From the NCBI GenBank assembly GCA_963765575.1, contig CAVXWZ010000002.1, forward strand, positions 352,001 through 416,000: a DNA stretch of 64,000 nt. The letters run 5' to 3'. The translations under genes were made by a program, and so were the position numbers. Source of the stretch: an uncultured cyanobacterium. Its GTDB lineage: Bacteria > Cyanobacteriota > Cyanobacteriia > PCC-6307 > Cyanobiaceae. Below the pieces are notes generated by a model, which was not told the DNA's origin, searched no databases, and saw only the letters and a list, made by a program, of their open reading frames with translations. Of this stretch, positions 44,904-55,452 are shown one piece after another; the first letter of the stretch is position 1; every line of letters begins with the position of its first letter.

Positions 44904-45813
44904 GCTCGGCCAGTCTCTCCAGGGGCTTGGCTCCGGCATCCAACGTGCCGTCGATCTCCCAGGTGGGGAACCCCTCGACGCCCTTGCTCTTGCAGAGCTC
45001 AGCCTGGCTGTCGCGCCCATCGGGGGCGCACTCGATCACGGTGAGGGCTTCGGTGGCCTCCTTCCCGAACAATTGCTTCTGGTCGTGGCAGTGGGGGCAC
45101 CAATAGGCGGAGTACATCGCCACTCCCTTCCCGCTGAGGTGCTCCGCCAGGGCCATCGACTCGGGGGTGCTGGTGGTGGTGACCGGCGGCGGCACGCGGC
45201 CCTCGGCGATGGTGCCGCCGGCAGGATCGGCAGCGGCAGCCCAGCCCAGCCCAGCCAGGGACACCACCAGGCCGACGCCGACGATGCGGAACAGCAACTG
45301 GCCGCGGTCGGGCCAGTCGCCGCCGATCAGGCTGAGCACGAACAGGGCCAGGCTGAGCAGGGCCGAGAGCACGCAGAAGAAACAGAAGGCCTGGATCTTG
45401 AACACCATCACGCCCATCAGCACCAGGCTGAACACCGTCATGCCGGTGCTGAGCAGCAGCAGCCCCCACCAGCTCAGGGCCGCCAGACGGGTCCTGGACT
45501 CGCCGCGCAGCACCAGTGGCAGCAGGGCCAGGGCCAGCACGGCGGCATAGGCGAGAAAGCCGAACAGCGACAGGGGTTGGCCCAGCACCGAGCCCCAGGC
45601 GCTGGCCAGCACCCTGTCGCAGCCGTCAGCACCGCCGGGGCAGCTGAGGTTGCCGAAAAGCCCCCAGCGCTCCAGGGTGATCGAGCCGGTGTCGACCATG
45701 CCCACGGTGGCCAAGACCGCCATCACCACCCGTACCCAGCGATGGCCGGAATCACTGCGGCGGCGACTGGAACTGAGGCGTTCGCTGAGGCGGCTGGAAG
45801 TCACGATCATCAT
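44881..45813 (-). CDS. VKOR-thioredoxin fusion (thylakoid disulfide-bond formation, SynDsbAB type)
   Basis: [18 protein letters not shown], Trx domain WCPHC...GFPTW. Confidence 0.92.
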   Translation of the reverse strand: MMIVTSSRLSERLSSSRRRSDSGHRWVRVVMAVLATVGMVDTGSITLERWGLFGNLSCPGGADGCDRVLASAWGSVLGQPLSLFGFLAYAAVLALALLPLVLRGESRTRLAALSWWGLLLLSTGMTVFSLVLMGVMVFKIQAFCFFCVLSALLSLALFVLSLIGGDWPDRGQLLFRIVGVGLVVSLAGLGWAAAADPAGGTIAEGRVPPPVTTTSTPESMALAEHLSGKGVAMYSAYWCPHCHDQKQLFGKEATEALTVIECAPDGRDSQAELCKSKGVEGFPTWEIDGTLDAGAKPLERLAELSGFQGP

Positions 45814-45889
45814 GCGTCGGCGCCATTCTCGCAGCCGCGGCTCCTTGCCTGGCCGAGCCCATAGGCTGGTGGATCGGCCCGCACAGTCC

Positions 45890-47326
45890 ATGACCACCAG
45901 CAACGGCACGGCCCGTACGGGCAGCAACAGCACCGCCCGCACAGGCGGCGCACCCCGCAAGACCGTGGCCTTCGCCCACCTGGGCTGCGAAAAGAACCGG
46001 GTGGACACCGAGCACATGCTCGGCCTGCTGGCCGAAGCGGGCTATGGCGTCAGCGCCGATGAGGGCGAGGCCAGCCTGGTGGTGGTCAACACCTGCAGCT
46101 TCATCCAGGACGCCCGCGAGGAATCGGTTCGCACCCTGGTGGAGCTGGCCGATGCGGGCAAGGAGCTGATCATCGCCGGCTGCCTGGCCCAGCACTTCAA
46201 GGACGAACTGCTCGAGAGCCTCCCGGAGGCCAGGGCGATCGTGGGCACCGGCGACTACCAGCACATCGTCAGCGTGCTGGAGCGGGTGGAGGCGGGCGAA
46301 CGGGTGAATCAGGTGAGTGCCACACCCACCTTTGTTGGCGACGAACACCTGCCCCGCTACCGCACCACCAGCGAGGCGGTGGCCTACTTGAAAGTGGCCG
46401 AGGGCTGCGATTACCGCTGCGCCTTCTGCATCATTCCCCACCTGCGCGGCGACCAGCGCTCCCGCTCGATCGAATCGATCGTGGCCGAGGCCCGCGCCCT
46501 GGCGACGCAGGGGGTGCAGGAGCTGGTGCTGATCAGCCAGATCACCACCAACTACGGCCTCGACCTCTATGGCAAACCCCAGCTGGCCGAGCTGCTGCGG
46601 GCCCTGGGGGAGGTGGAGATCCCCTGGATCCGCGTGCACTACGCCTACCCCACCGGCCTCACCCCGGAGGTGCTGGCGGCCTACCGGGAGGTGCCCAATG
46701 TGCTGCCCTACCTCGACCTGCCGCTGCAGCACAGCCACCCGCAGGTGCTGCGGGCGATGAACCGTCCCTGGCAGGCGGACGTGACCGCCGGCGTGCTGCG
46801 GCGCATCCGCGAGCAGCTGGGCGAGGAGGCGGTGTTGCGCACCACCTTGATCGTGGGTTTCCCGGGCGAAACCGAGGACCATTTCCAGCACCTGCTGGAC
46901 TTCGTGGCCGAGCAGCGTTTCGACCATGTGGGCGTGTTCACCTTCTCGGCCGAGGAGGGCACCCCGGCCGCTTCGCTGCCCGATCAGGTGCCCGCTGAGC
47001 TGGCCGCCGAACGCAAGCACCGCCTGATGACCCTGCAGCAGCCGATCGCTGCGGCCCGCAACGCCGCCTGGGTGGGCCGGATCGTGGATGTGCTGATTGA
47101 GCAGGACAACCCAAGCACCGGCGAGATGCTGGGCCGCTGCGCCCGCTTTGCCCCCGAAGTCGACGGCGAGGTGCGGGTGCTGCCCGGGCCGGGCGGACTG
47201 TGCGCGGCACCGGGCACGATGGTGCCGGTCCGCATCACCGGTTCCGACACCTATGACCTGATCGGCGAGGTGGTGGGGGCCAGGGCGATGGTGGACGAGG
47301 CCCTGACGGCACTCAGATCAGCTTGA
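45890..47326 (+). CDS. rimO: Ribosomal protein S12 methylthiotransferase
   Basis: [37 protein letters not shown] (TRAM); N-terminal [16 protein letters not shown] duplication. Confidence 0.95.
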   Translation: MTTSNGTARTGSNSTARTGGAPRKTVAFAHLGCEKNRVDTEHMLGLLAEAGYGVSADEGEASLVVVNTCSFIQDAREESVRTLVELADAGKELIIAGCLAQHFKDELLESLPEARAIVGTGDYQHIVSVLERVEAGERVNQVSATPTFVGDEHLPRYRTTSEAVAYLKVAEGCDYRCAFCIIPHLRGDQRSRSIESIVAEARALATQGVQELVLISQITTNYGLDLYGKPQLAELLRALGEVEIPWIRVHYAYPTGLTPEVLAAYREVPNVLPYLDLPLQHSHPQVLRAMNRPWQADVTAGVLRRIREQLGEEAVLRTTLIVGFPGETEDHFQHLLDFVAEQRFDHVGVFTFSAEEGTPAASLPDQVPAELAAERKHRLMTLQQPIAAARNAAWVGRIVDVLIEQDNPSTGEMLGRCARFAPEVDGEVRVLPGPGGLCAAPGTMVPVRITGSDTYDLIGEVVGARAMVDEALTALRSA

Positions 47327-47405
47327 TGCCCCTGAGCAGATAGGAGGCGGCCACCGCGGCCACAAGCCCACCGCCCACCAGTGCCAGATAGATCGCCGCG
47401 CCCAT
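47313..47405 (-). CDS. petL: Cytochrome b6f subunit VI PetL (30 aa)
   Basis: [30 protein letters not shown], one TM helix with the PetL C-terminus LRxIKLI; below the ORF-track size cut-off. Confidence 0.85.
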   Translation of the reverse strand: MGAAIYLALVGGGLVAAVAASYLLRGIKLI

Positions 47406-47568
47406 GGCCGTTGCCGTCGAAGGGAGAGGCCATTACAGCAGAGCCCCGGGTCAGGAACTGGCCCGGGGCGGGCAACCGGCCGTATCCAGGCAATCCCCCT
47501 AAGGTTGCCGGGTCGAGTGTTCCAGCGCCGCGCGAGCGATCTGGCTGCTTTCTTTCCCCCGGTGATCC

Positions 47569-49194
47569 ATGCGGACTCTGTTCATCTATCCCGAGTTCCC
47601 GAAGACCTTCTGGAGCTACGAAAAGATCCTGGAGCTGATCAACCGCAAGGTGTTGTTGCCGCCCCTCGGGCTCGTGACCGTGGCGGCCCTGCTGCCCCAG
47701 AGCTGGGAGATGAAGCTCGTGGACCGCAATGTGCGCGAGGTGGAGGAAGCGGAGTGGGACTGGGCCGAGCTGGTCGTGGTGTCAGGGATGATCGTGCAGA
47801 AGGCCGACATGGCCGAACAGATCGCCCGGGCCAAGGCCCGCGGGCTGCCGGTGGCGGTGGGTGGACCCTTCGCCAGCTCCACCCCGGATGCCCCGGAGAT
47901 CGCCCAGGCCGATTACAAGGTGCTCGACGAGGGCGAGATCACCCTGCCCCTGTTTGTCGAAGCCCTGGAACGGGGTGAGACCAGCGGTCGTTTCACGGCC
48001 AATGGCGAAAAGCCCGACGTCTCCACCACACCGGTGCCGCGGTTCGACCTGCTTGAACTCGACGCCTATTCAGAGATGTCGGTGCAATTCTCGCGGGGTT
48101 GCCCCTTCAACTGCGAGTTCTGCGACATCATCGTGCTCTACGGGCGCAAACCCCGCACCAAGACCCCCGACCAGCTGGTGGCAGAACTCCAGCTGCTTTT
48201 TGAGCTCGGCTGGCGCCGCTCGGTGTTTCTGGTGGACGACAACTTCATCGGCAACAAGCGCAACGTGAAGCTGCTGCTGCCGGCACTGAAGGCCTGGCAG
48301 ATCGAGAATGGCTTCCCCTTCAGCTTCGCCACCGAAGCTTCAGTGGACCTGGCTGCCGACCAGGAGCTGATGGATCAGATGGTGGAGTGCCGCTTCGAGA
48401 GCGTATTTCTGGGGATCGAGACACCCGATGCCGCCAGCCTGGAGACGGCCCGCAAGCTGCAGAACATCCGCAGCTCCCTGGAGGAGTCGGTGGAGAAAAT
48501 CACCGCCACGGGCCTGCGGGTGATGGCCGGCTTCATCATCGGCTTTGACGGCGAGCAGCGCGGCGCCGGCCAGCGGATCGTGGAGTTTGTGACCCGCACC
48601 GGCATCCCCCACGCGATGATGGGCATGCTGCAGGCCCTGCCCAACACCGCCCTGTGGACCCGGCTGGAGCAGGAGGGCCGCCTGATCCAGGACTCCGACG
48701 CCGCCAAGGGGGTGAACCAGACCAACCTGCTCAACTTCAGGCCCACCCGACCCATCCGCGACATCGCGGCGGAGTACATGGAGGCGTTTGCCGACCTCTA
48801 CGAGCCGAATGCCTACATCGATCGGGTGTACGGCTATTTCCTCAAGTTGCCGCCCCATCGCTACAAACAGATCCTGCGGGAGCTGCCCTCAGGCAGCCAC
48901 CGGCGTACCACCAAGGCTGGTCCCAGCTGGGTCGATCTGCGTGCTCTGGCGATCGTGGTGTGGCGTCAGGGCGTCCGCCGCGACACCCGCTTCCGCTTCT
49001 GGCGTGCCCTGTTCGGCATGGCCCGCCACAACCCGGCCCGCTTCACCGGATTCATTTCGATCCTGGCCCACAACGAACACTTCCTGGAGTACCGCAGCAT
49101 CGTGCGGCGGGAGATTGAGGAGCAGCTGGCCCTGCTGCCCCCCGATCAGCCCCCGGCCCCGGTGCGGTCCGAACCGGTGCTGGTGCCCAGTTAG
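47569..49194 (+). CDS. B12-binding-domain radical SAM protein (DUF4070 type)
   Basis: YPEFPKTFWSY, PPLGL, SRGCPFNCEFCDI, DDNFIGN. Confidence 0.92.
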   Translation: MRTLFIYPEFPKTFWSYEKILELINRKVLLPPLGLVTVAALLPQSWEMKLVDRNVREVEEAEWDWAELVVVSGMIVQKADMAEQIARAKARGLPVAVGGPFASSTPDAPEIAQADYKVLDEGEITLPLFVEALERGETSGRFTANGEKPDVSTTPVPRFDLLELDAYSEMSVQFSRGCPFNCEFCDIIVLYGRKPRTKTPDQLVAELQLLFELGWRRSVFLVDDNFIGNKRNVKLLLPALKAWQIENGFPFSFATEASVDLAADQELMDQMVECRFESVFLGIETPDAASLETARKLQNIRSSLEESVEKITATGLRVMAGFIIGFDGEQRGAGQRIVEFVTRTGIPHAMMGMLQALPNTALWTRLEQEGRLIQDSDAAKGVNQTNLLNFRPTRPIRDIAAEYMEAFADLYEPNAYIDRVYGYFLKLPPHRYKQILRELPSGSHRRTTKAGPSWVDLRALAIVVWRQGVRRDTRFRFWRALFGMARHNPARFTGFISILAHNEHFLEYRSIVRREIEEQLALLPPDQPPAPVRSEPVLVPS

Positions 49195-49580
49195 TCCTGC
49201 ACGTACTCGGCGCCGGACTCCAGGGCCGCCTCGGCCCTCTGCAGCTCTCGGCCCAGATAGAGGGCGTGGTCAAGGCGGCTGAGGGGATGGGGACCCTGGC
49301 CCTCGCTGAGGGCGACGCCGAGTTCCTTGGCACTGCGGCCACGGAACACCGCCTGGGGTGACCTCGGGCCGGCTCCCCGGCAGCTGATCACCTCACCGGT
49401 GGCCGGGTCCGTGGCCAGCCCACGCTCATCGATGCCATTGGCGTAGTGCTCGGCAATCAGCTCGCCGGCCGCGCGATCGAGCTTGATGAGGAAATAGCCA
49501 TGTGGATCGAGGTCGATGTAGCGCTGGGAGAGCTGCTCGTCGAGCTCACGCCGCTGGCTCGGATCGCGGAACTGGGACAT
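49191..49580 (-). CDS. DUF4346 domain protein
   Basis: ATG at 49580; LDPHGYFLI, GRSAKEL, HALYLGREL, YVQD. Confidence 0.85.
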   Translation of the reverse strand: MSQFRDPSQRRELDEQLSQRYIDLDPHGYFLIKLDRAAGELIAEHYANGIDERGLATDPATGEVISCRGAGPRSPQAVFRGRSAKELGVALSEGQGPHPLSRLDHALYLGRELQRAEAALESGAEYVQD

Positions 49581-50757
49581 TCGGAGGATCGTAGGCAGCG
49601 GTGAAGGGCAGCTCGTCGTTGATCGCCGTGATCTCCCGCGCCATCTCGGCGTTGGCCCCCGGCAGCCAGTCCCGCAGGATGGCATCGAAGCGGGGATTGC
49701 TCCAGCGGTGCAGGCTGGCCCGGGGCTGGGCCACAAACCCCCGCCGGCGCTTGTGGCTGCCGCCGGCGCCGGGGTCGAAGTGACGGATGCCGTTGGCGAT
49801 CGCCCACTCGATCGGCGCGTAGTAGCAGACCTCGAAGTGGAGGCAGTCCACCTCCACCTCGCTGCCCCAGTAGCGGCCCCAGAGGTGGTCGCCGCCGCGC
49901 ACGCACAGCGACATCGCCAGCGGCTCTGCCGGATCCCCCCGATGGGCACTGAACAGCACCAGGTGGCGGCGCAGCTCTGGATCGAGGGCCAGGGCTTCGA
50001 AGAAAGCCTCGCTCAGATACTTGCTGCCCCAGGGGCCCCAGCGGGCGCAGTGCTGGGCGTAGAAGTCGTGCATGCGGGCCACCAGAGAGGGTGCAATCCC
50101 CTCGCCCACCAGGGGCGTGACGCTCAGGCCCGCCGCGGCCACGGCCTTGCGTTCCCGCTTGATGTTGCGCCGCTGGTTGGCATTGAAGCTGGCCAGATAG
50201 TCGCCGAAATCGGCATGGCCGGGGTTGCTCCACTGGCTCTGTTGGTTGATCCAGGTGGCGCAACCGGCGGCCTCGGCCAGCAGGCGCCAGGCTGGATCCA
50301 CGTAGAGAAAGTTGCAGCTGAGGATCTGGTTGCGGCGGCAGAAGGCGTCGATCAGCTCCAGCATCAGGGCCGTGAGCGCAGCGGCATCCTCGCCGGGGGC
50401 GATCAGAAAGCGGTAGCCCTCCACCGGGCTCACCGGACTCATGCCCACCAGCTTGGGGTAATAGCGCAGGCCCAGCTGGCCGGCGAGCTGGGCGAAGCTC
50501 TGGTCGAAGACGAACTCCCCGTAGCTGTGGCCCTTGAGGTAGAGGGGGGCAAGGGCCACAGGCTGCTCACCGCGCCACAGGCCCAGATGGCAGGGGCGCC
50601 AGCCCTGACTCGGCACGATGCTGGCACTGGCCTCGAGCTGCTGCAGCCAGTGCCAGCGGTAGAAGGGCAGCTCGCCGGCCGACTGCAGCAGCAGGTCCCA
50701 GGCCGCTGAGGGCACTTCAGCTGTCGACTGGTGCCAGCGGGCTTGCAGCTCGGCCAC
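49546..50757 (-). CDS. GNAT/FemAB-like (DUF482) family protein
   Basis: PLYLKGHSYGEFVFD, YYPKL, GRYWG, LHFEVCYY, GAGGSHKRRRGF; GTG start about 50757. Confidence 0.9.
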   Translation of the reverse strand: MAELQARWHQSTAEVPSAAWDLLLQSAGELPFYRWHWLQQLEASASIVPSQGWRPCHLGLWRGEQPVALAPLYLKGHSYGEFVFDQSFAQLAGQLGLRYYPKLVGMSPVSPVEGYRFLIAPGEDAAALTALMLELIDAFCRRNQILSCNFLYVDPAWRLLAEAAGCATWINQQSQWSNPGHADFGDYLASFNANQRRNIKRERKAVAAAGLSVTPLVGEGIAPSLVARMHDFYAQHCARWGPWGSKYLSEAFFEALALDPELRRHLVLFSAHRGDPAEPLAMSLCVRGGDHLWGRYWGSEVEVDCLHFEVCYYAPIEWAIANGIRHFDPGAGGSHKRRRGFVAQPRASLHRWSNPRFDAILRDWLPGANAEMAREITAINDELPFTAAYDPPNVPVPRSEPAA

Positions 50758-50803
50758 GGCCGCTGGGGCGAGGGACGCAAAACTAACCACCCCTACCCAG
50801 GCC

Positions 50804-51290
50804 GTGCCGCCCGTGCGCCATTCCCGTTCGGCTCTCCTGCTTGCTGTGGCACTGACCACGCCGCTGCAGGCCACCCCGGCACGGGCCGGGCTGATGCGAC
50901 CTGTGCTGGACCTGATGCGTCCCCAGCTGGCGGCCCGCATCAGCGAGGCCTGCGTGGATGGGCTCGCTGGTGATGTCCCCCAGCTGGTCGCCCAGCTGCA
51001 GGGCCCTTGCCGCCAGCTGGCCGCCCGCACCAGCCGCTGCCTGGTGCGGGAAACCGATGCCAGCGGCAAGGGCCTTGCCGTGCTGGCGGAGCTGCTGCAA
51101 GGGGAGCTGGGTGTACAGGGAGAGCGGATCGCCAAGCGCTGCATCGCCCGGCTGCTGGGGCTGCCGGCCGAGAGCCTGGAGGGACTGTCGTTGAAGCAGA
51201 TGGCCCAGCGCTTCGGCGTCTCCCTTCACGGGGGCGATGCGGGGGCTGCGGAGGGGGCTGCGGAGGGCGGGCGCTGCCGCCCGGCGGTAG
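50804..51290 (+). CDS. Exported Cys-containing hypothetical protein; stop lost to an apparent +1 indel
   Basis: Signal peptide (SALLLAVALTTPLQATPARA), four Cys; removing one base at 51230-51287 puts TAG 51288-51290 in frame. Confidence 0.65.
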
Positions 51291-51901
51291 CGCAGCAACA
51301 GCTCATCACCCCCCAGGCACCGCTGCTCCAGCAGGCGCCAGCGCTGGCTGCTCGGGCTCAGGGATGGGGGCATCCAGGTGTGGGGACCGCCGAGCAGCAG
51401 GGGGCAGAGGGTGAGCTGCAATTCATCCACCTGGTCGTCGGCCAGCAGCTGGCCAGCCAGGTCGGCGCCACCCAGCAGCAGCAGCCGCTCCAGACCCTCC
51501 GCGGCCAGCTCGGCGCGCAGCTGCGGCCACGAGCTGAACGCCAGCATCCGCTGGCAGTGGGCAGGGCGCTGTGCCTGGGTCCCGTGGGGCCGCAGCCACC
51601 AGCGCTGCAGGGGTTGCCGCCAGAAGGGCAGGTCCGGGGGCAGGCGTCCGCTGCGGCTGACCACCAGGGCAGCGGGCTGGGCACTGCGACCGGCACGGGC
51701 CCGGCCGGCCAGCAACGCAGGGGCACGGATCAGGCAGGTGCTGCCATGGCGGCGCAGGGTCTCGGCGCCGATCAGGGCGCCATCGGCCCAGGCCAGGGAC
51801 TCCTCGAGGGCGAGGCGGTCACCGGGTCCACCGAGCTGGGCGGCACCGCCGCCGGGTGGGGCCAGGCGGCCATCGAGGCTGACGGCCAGCACCAGCCGCA
51901 A
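51226..51901 (-). CDS. RibD C-terminal (dihydrofolate-reductase-like) family protein; stop lost to the same indel
   Basis: LAVSLDGRLA, IGAETLR, LLLGGADL, VDELQLTLCPLLLGG; the same single deletion puts TGA 51228-51226 in frame. Confidence 0.8.
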
Positions 51902-51923
51902 CCAGGGCCCATCGCCGGCGGCG

Positions 51924-52995
51924 TCAGACAGCGGCCAGCGCCTCCAGGGCTGCGGGCCGCATCTCCAGCTGGGGCACCTCGGCGAAGACCTCGGCGGCGT
52001 TGTTGGGGCTCTCCTGCAGGCGCACCTTGTGCAGGCTGGCCCCGAGCTCGGCGATCCGGGCAGCGAGCAGATCGGCGATGTGCAGAGCGATGTTTTCGGC
52101 CGTGGGCACGGTGCTGGCGAAATGGGCCACGTCCTTGTTCAGGAAGGTGTGGTCGAAGGGCTCGACCACCAGGTCGTCCACCAGCTGCTGCAGGGCCGCC
52201 AGATCACAGACCATGCCGGTGCGGGGATCGATGCGCCCGCGCACGCTGACATCGAGCAGGTAGTTGTGGCCATGGCCATGGGGCCGGGCGCACTTGCCGT
52301 AGATGGCCTCGTTCTCGGCCTGGGAGAGCTCGGGGCGGGCCAGGCGATGGGCGGCGGCGAAGTGGGTGCGGATCGAGAGGAAGGCTTCCATCGGGACGGC
52401 GTGAGCGGGGACTGGCTGGGGGTGGGAGGCTTGGGTGCTGGCAGCGGGGGGCGGCGGCAGCAGGTCGACCCAGAGATCGGGCTGTTCGTAGAGCCGCAGC
52501 CCCACCAGGGGGATCAGGGGCGCCAGACGACGCCAGATGGCCTGGCCGAGGGCCTCGGTGGTGGGCAGCTGGCCGTCGGGCCGGGAGACGTCGAACTCGG
52601 GCCAGACCTCATTGAGGTGGCGAAAATCGAGCTGGGCGCTGACCTGGGAGCGGATGGCGTGCTTCACCTCGGAGAGGTTGAGCACCATGCCGTCAGCATC
52701 GAGCCCACCGCCCATGGCCACGATCAGCTCGTAGTTGTGGCCGTGGCCGGGAGCCAGGCAGCAGAGCCCGAAAGCGGGCTTGGTTGGCGTCAGGGCTGAG
52801 CTCGGGCAGCCAGTAGCGATGGCTGGAGCTGAAGGTGGCCCGCCGGGTGATCACACAGGGCCTGCCCTGGCCGTGGGGGTGGCGGCAGCTGCCCAGCGGG
52901 CCAGGGGCACCGGGATCGGAGCCCTGGCCTGGGGCCGTGGCTGCAGCGGTGGCTAGAGCGGTGGGAGAGGGGGGGGCCGTGGCACGCGCCGGCAT
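51924..52995 (-). CDS. queD: 6-carboxytetrahydropterin synthase (tandem QueD/PTPS domains), apparent frameshift at 52771-52773
   Basis: TRRATFSSSHRY, then GHGHNY in the shifted frame; second domain FAAAHRL...CARPHGHGHNY...PTAENIA. Confidence 0.88.
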
Positions 52996-53055
52996 GGCCT
53001 GGGATCTCAGGTGCTCCATCCTAGAAACGGCTTCCCACACGCCGACGGAGTGGCC

Positions 53056-53683
53056 ATGGCCGCGAGCACCCATCCAGAGCTGGCGCGCCGCTTGCAGGGG
53101 CTGAACCTCTATCTGGTGGGGATGATGGGGGCCGGCAAGAGTGCGGTGGGCCGTCCCCTGGCCGAGGCGCTGGGCTACCGCTTCCTCGATGCCGACACGG
53201 TGCTGGAGAGCGTGGCGGGACGGACGATTGCCGAGATCTTCGCCAGCGACGGCGAAGCCGGGTTCCGGGAGCTGGAAACGGCGGTGCTGGACCAGATCAG
53301 CTCCTGGCATTCCCTGGTGGTGGCCACCGGCGGCGGCGTGGTGACGCGGCCCCAGAACTGGGGTCACCTGCGTCAGGGGGCGGTGGTGTGGCTGGATGCA
53401 CCGGCAGAACTGCTGCTGGCGCGGCTGCGGCAGGACCCGGACCGACGACCGCTGCTGCGCAGCGAGAATCCGGGGGCCCGCTTGCGCAGCCTGCTGAGCG
53501 AACGGCTGCCGCTCTACGCCCAGGCCGACCTGCACGTCCTCCAGGGCGGTGGCCAACCGCAGCAGGTGGCCGAGCAGGTGCTGGCCGGACTGCCTGACAT
53601 CCTGCGCCAGCGCCCCCAACCCCCCGCACGCCGGCGCGCAGCTGCAGGACAGCGAGGGGCACCTCAGCCAGTCGCTCAACTGA
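53056..53683 (+). CDS. aroK: Shikimate kinase, apparent frameshift in the C runs at 53613-53625
   Basis: LVGMMGAGKS, GEAGFRELE, ATGGGVV, RPLL, ERLPLYAQAD; the corrected tail ends QSLN* at 53683. Confidence 0.9.
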
Positions 53684-53750
53684 ACGCCGCCCAGAACCCG
53701 GGGCGGCCAGACGCCCAGACCGGGCGGTGGACCGGGCGCAAGGCCGCGGC

Positions 53751-54017
53751 TCAAGCCTGCGCCGGGGGCTCCAGCCGCACCGCAAACCACTGCACACTGC
53801 GACCGGGCTCCAGCTCCAGCTGGCAGGCGGTCTCCAGCAGTCGTTCGGCCTGCTCGGCGCGGGAGGGCAGCGCGAGCAGATCGGCGGGCGCCTCCTCCAG
53901 CCCGGCCAGCTGCTCCTCCAGCCAGAGCAGGGTTTCGGCGGCGGTGAGGATGCGCTCGCCGGCGGCGGGCTCCAGCACCACGTAGTGATCGAGTTCCCGC
54001 AGCAGGGGGTCGGACAT
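53751..54017 (-). CDS. Chlororespiratory reduction 7 (CRR7)-like NDH-1 assembly protein
   Basis: MSDPLLRELDHYVVLEP...LLETACQLELEPG...QWFAVRLE. Confidence 0.83.
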   Translation of the reverse strand: MSDPLLRELDHYVVLEPAAGERILTAAETLLWLEEQLAGLEEAPADLLALPSRAEQAERLLETACQLELEPGRSVQWFAVRLEPPAQA

Positions 54018-54067
54018 GGCCAGCGCAGCGCCTGGCACCATCCTGACCGCCCAACCCTTCGGCTGTC

Positions 54068-54787
54068 TCAGGTGCGGCCGAGCTCAGCCAGGATCCTGTC
54101 CCGCCAGCTGAACAGCGGCTCCAGCATGGGGTTGTCGGCAATGCCGCTCACCCCCCGGCCCGCCAGGGGGGCGCCGCTGCCGGCAGGGAAGAGCAGCAGG
54201 GAGAGCTGGGCCACCACCGCCACGTCGGCCAGGCTGAGCTGATCACCCACCAGATGGGGCTGGGCGGCGGTGAGCGCCGCCAGCTGCTCAAGGCTGCTTT
54301 GCAGCTGGCGGCGCTCCTGCTGGCCGAGTACCCCGCCGATGGCCTCTCCCATACCGCCCACCACGCCGGCTGGCAGTCCCGCCACCAGCTCCCGCAGGGG
54401 GGCGGGAGTGGCTTCCGGCAACAGGGCGCCGCGCAGCACCGGATCGGCAGCGGCGGCCTGGAGCAGGGCCAGGCGGCAGCCGAAGGCCAGGGCCGTGTCC
54501 GCCCAGTCTTCGAGCAGCAGCACCCGGGCCCGGTCGGCCGGATCGGTGGGCAGCAGGGCCGGCAGCGGATGCTGACGTTCGAGATGCAGGGCGATGGCGG
54601 TGGAATCGGGGATGACCTCAGCCCCATCCACAAGCACCGGCACCTGACGCTGGCCGGAGAGCCGGAAGAGCTCCAGCTGGCCCAGCCCCGGGGTGACCTC
54701 CACCACGGTGTAGTCGAGACCCTTGGCGGCCAGAACCAGTCGCACCTTCTCGCAGAAGGCGGAATGGCGGAATTGGTGCAATTGCAT
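54068..54787 (-). CDS. Glutathione S-transferase family protein
   Basis: [31 protein letters not shown]. Confidence 0.9.
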   Translation of the reverse strand: MQLHQFRHSAFCEKVRLVLAAKGLDYTVVEVTPGLGQLELFRLSGQRQVPVLVDGAEVIPDSTAIALHLERQHPLPALLPTDPADRARVLLLEDWADTALAFGCRLALLQAAAADPVLRGALLPEATPAPLRELVAGLPAGVVGGMGEAIGGVLGQQERRQLQSSLEQLAALTAAQPHLVGDQLSLADVAVVAQLSLLLFPAGSGAPLAGRGVSGIADNPMLEPLFSWRDRILAELGRT

Positions 54788-54837
54788 CCGTCGGGCCTGG
54801 GTGCCAGGAGGCAGAGTAGCCAGCGCGAGGAGATGGC

Positions 54838-55044
54838 ATGAGGGAGTTCTTCCTGAACGTGACGCGCTACCCGCGTTACCTGATCGCCCTGGGGCTGGGG
54901 GTGGCCGATTCGGTGCTGGAACCCCTCGCCGCCCGGGCCAGCAATCCGGTCACGGCGGTGGCCCTGATCGGTGCGGCGGTGAGCGGATTTCTCAGTCTGG
55001 GGCTGGTTCTGCGTGCGATGGTGAGCGCACAACCACTGGCATAG
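54838..55044 (+). CDS. DUF751 family protein
   Basis: [13 protein letters not shown]...LRAM; immediately upstream of rbfA. Confidence 0.85.
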   Translation: MREFFLNVTRYPRYLIALGLGVADSVLEPLAARASNPVTAVALIGAAVSGFLSLGLVLRAMVSAQPLA

Positions 55045-55046
55045 CC

Positions 55047-55452
55047 ATGGCACAGGGCCGACGGGTGGAGCGGGTGGCCTCCCTGATCCGCCGCGAGGTG
55101 AGCGAACTGCTCCAGGGCGGCCTCCGGGATGAACGGGTGGGCCGCGGCCTGGTGAGCGTGACCACGGTGGAGGTGGCCGGAGATCTGCAGCACTGCCGCA
55201 TCTTCGTGAGCGTGTTCGGCACCGACGCCGACCGCGAGCAGGCCATGGCGGGACTGACCTCCGCCACGCCTTTCGTGAAGGGAGAACTGGGGCGGCGGCT
55301 GAAGATGCGGCGCACGCCCGAGGTGGTGTTCGTGCTCGACCGGGGCATCGAGCGGGGCACTTCGGTGCTCAGCCTGCTGCAACAAATTGGAGGGGGACCG
55401 CAGCGTCACGGAGGATCCGGACACTGGAGGCACCTCGGACAGCGATCCATGA
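55047..55452 (+). CDS. rbfA: 30S ribosome-binding factor A, apparent frameshift at 55384-55386
   Basis: [38 protein letters not shown]; the corrected stop TGA overlaps the next ATG (ATGA). Confidence 0.92.

Noticed and set aside
47440..47568. Possible SRP RNA or cobalamin riboswitch upstream of the B12 radical SAM gene
   Set aside because: It lacks the SRP GGAA loop with AGCAG and lacks the cobalamin riboswitch core motifs. Kept only as unexplained hairpins.
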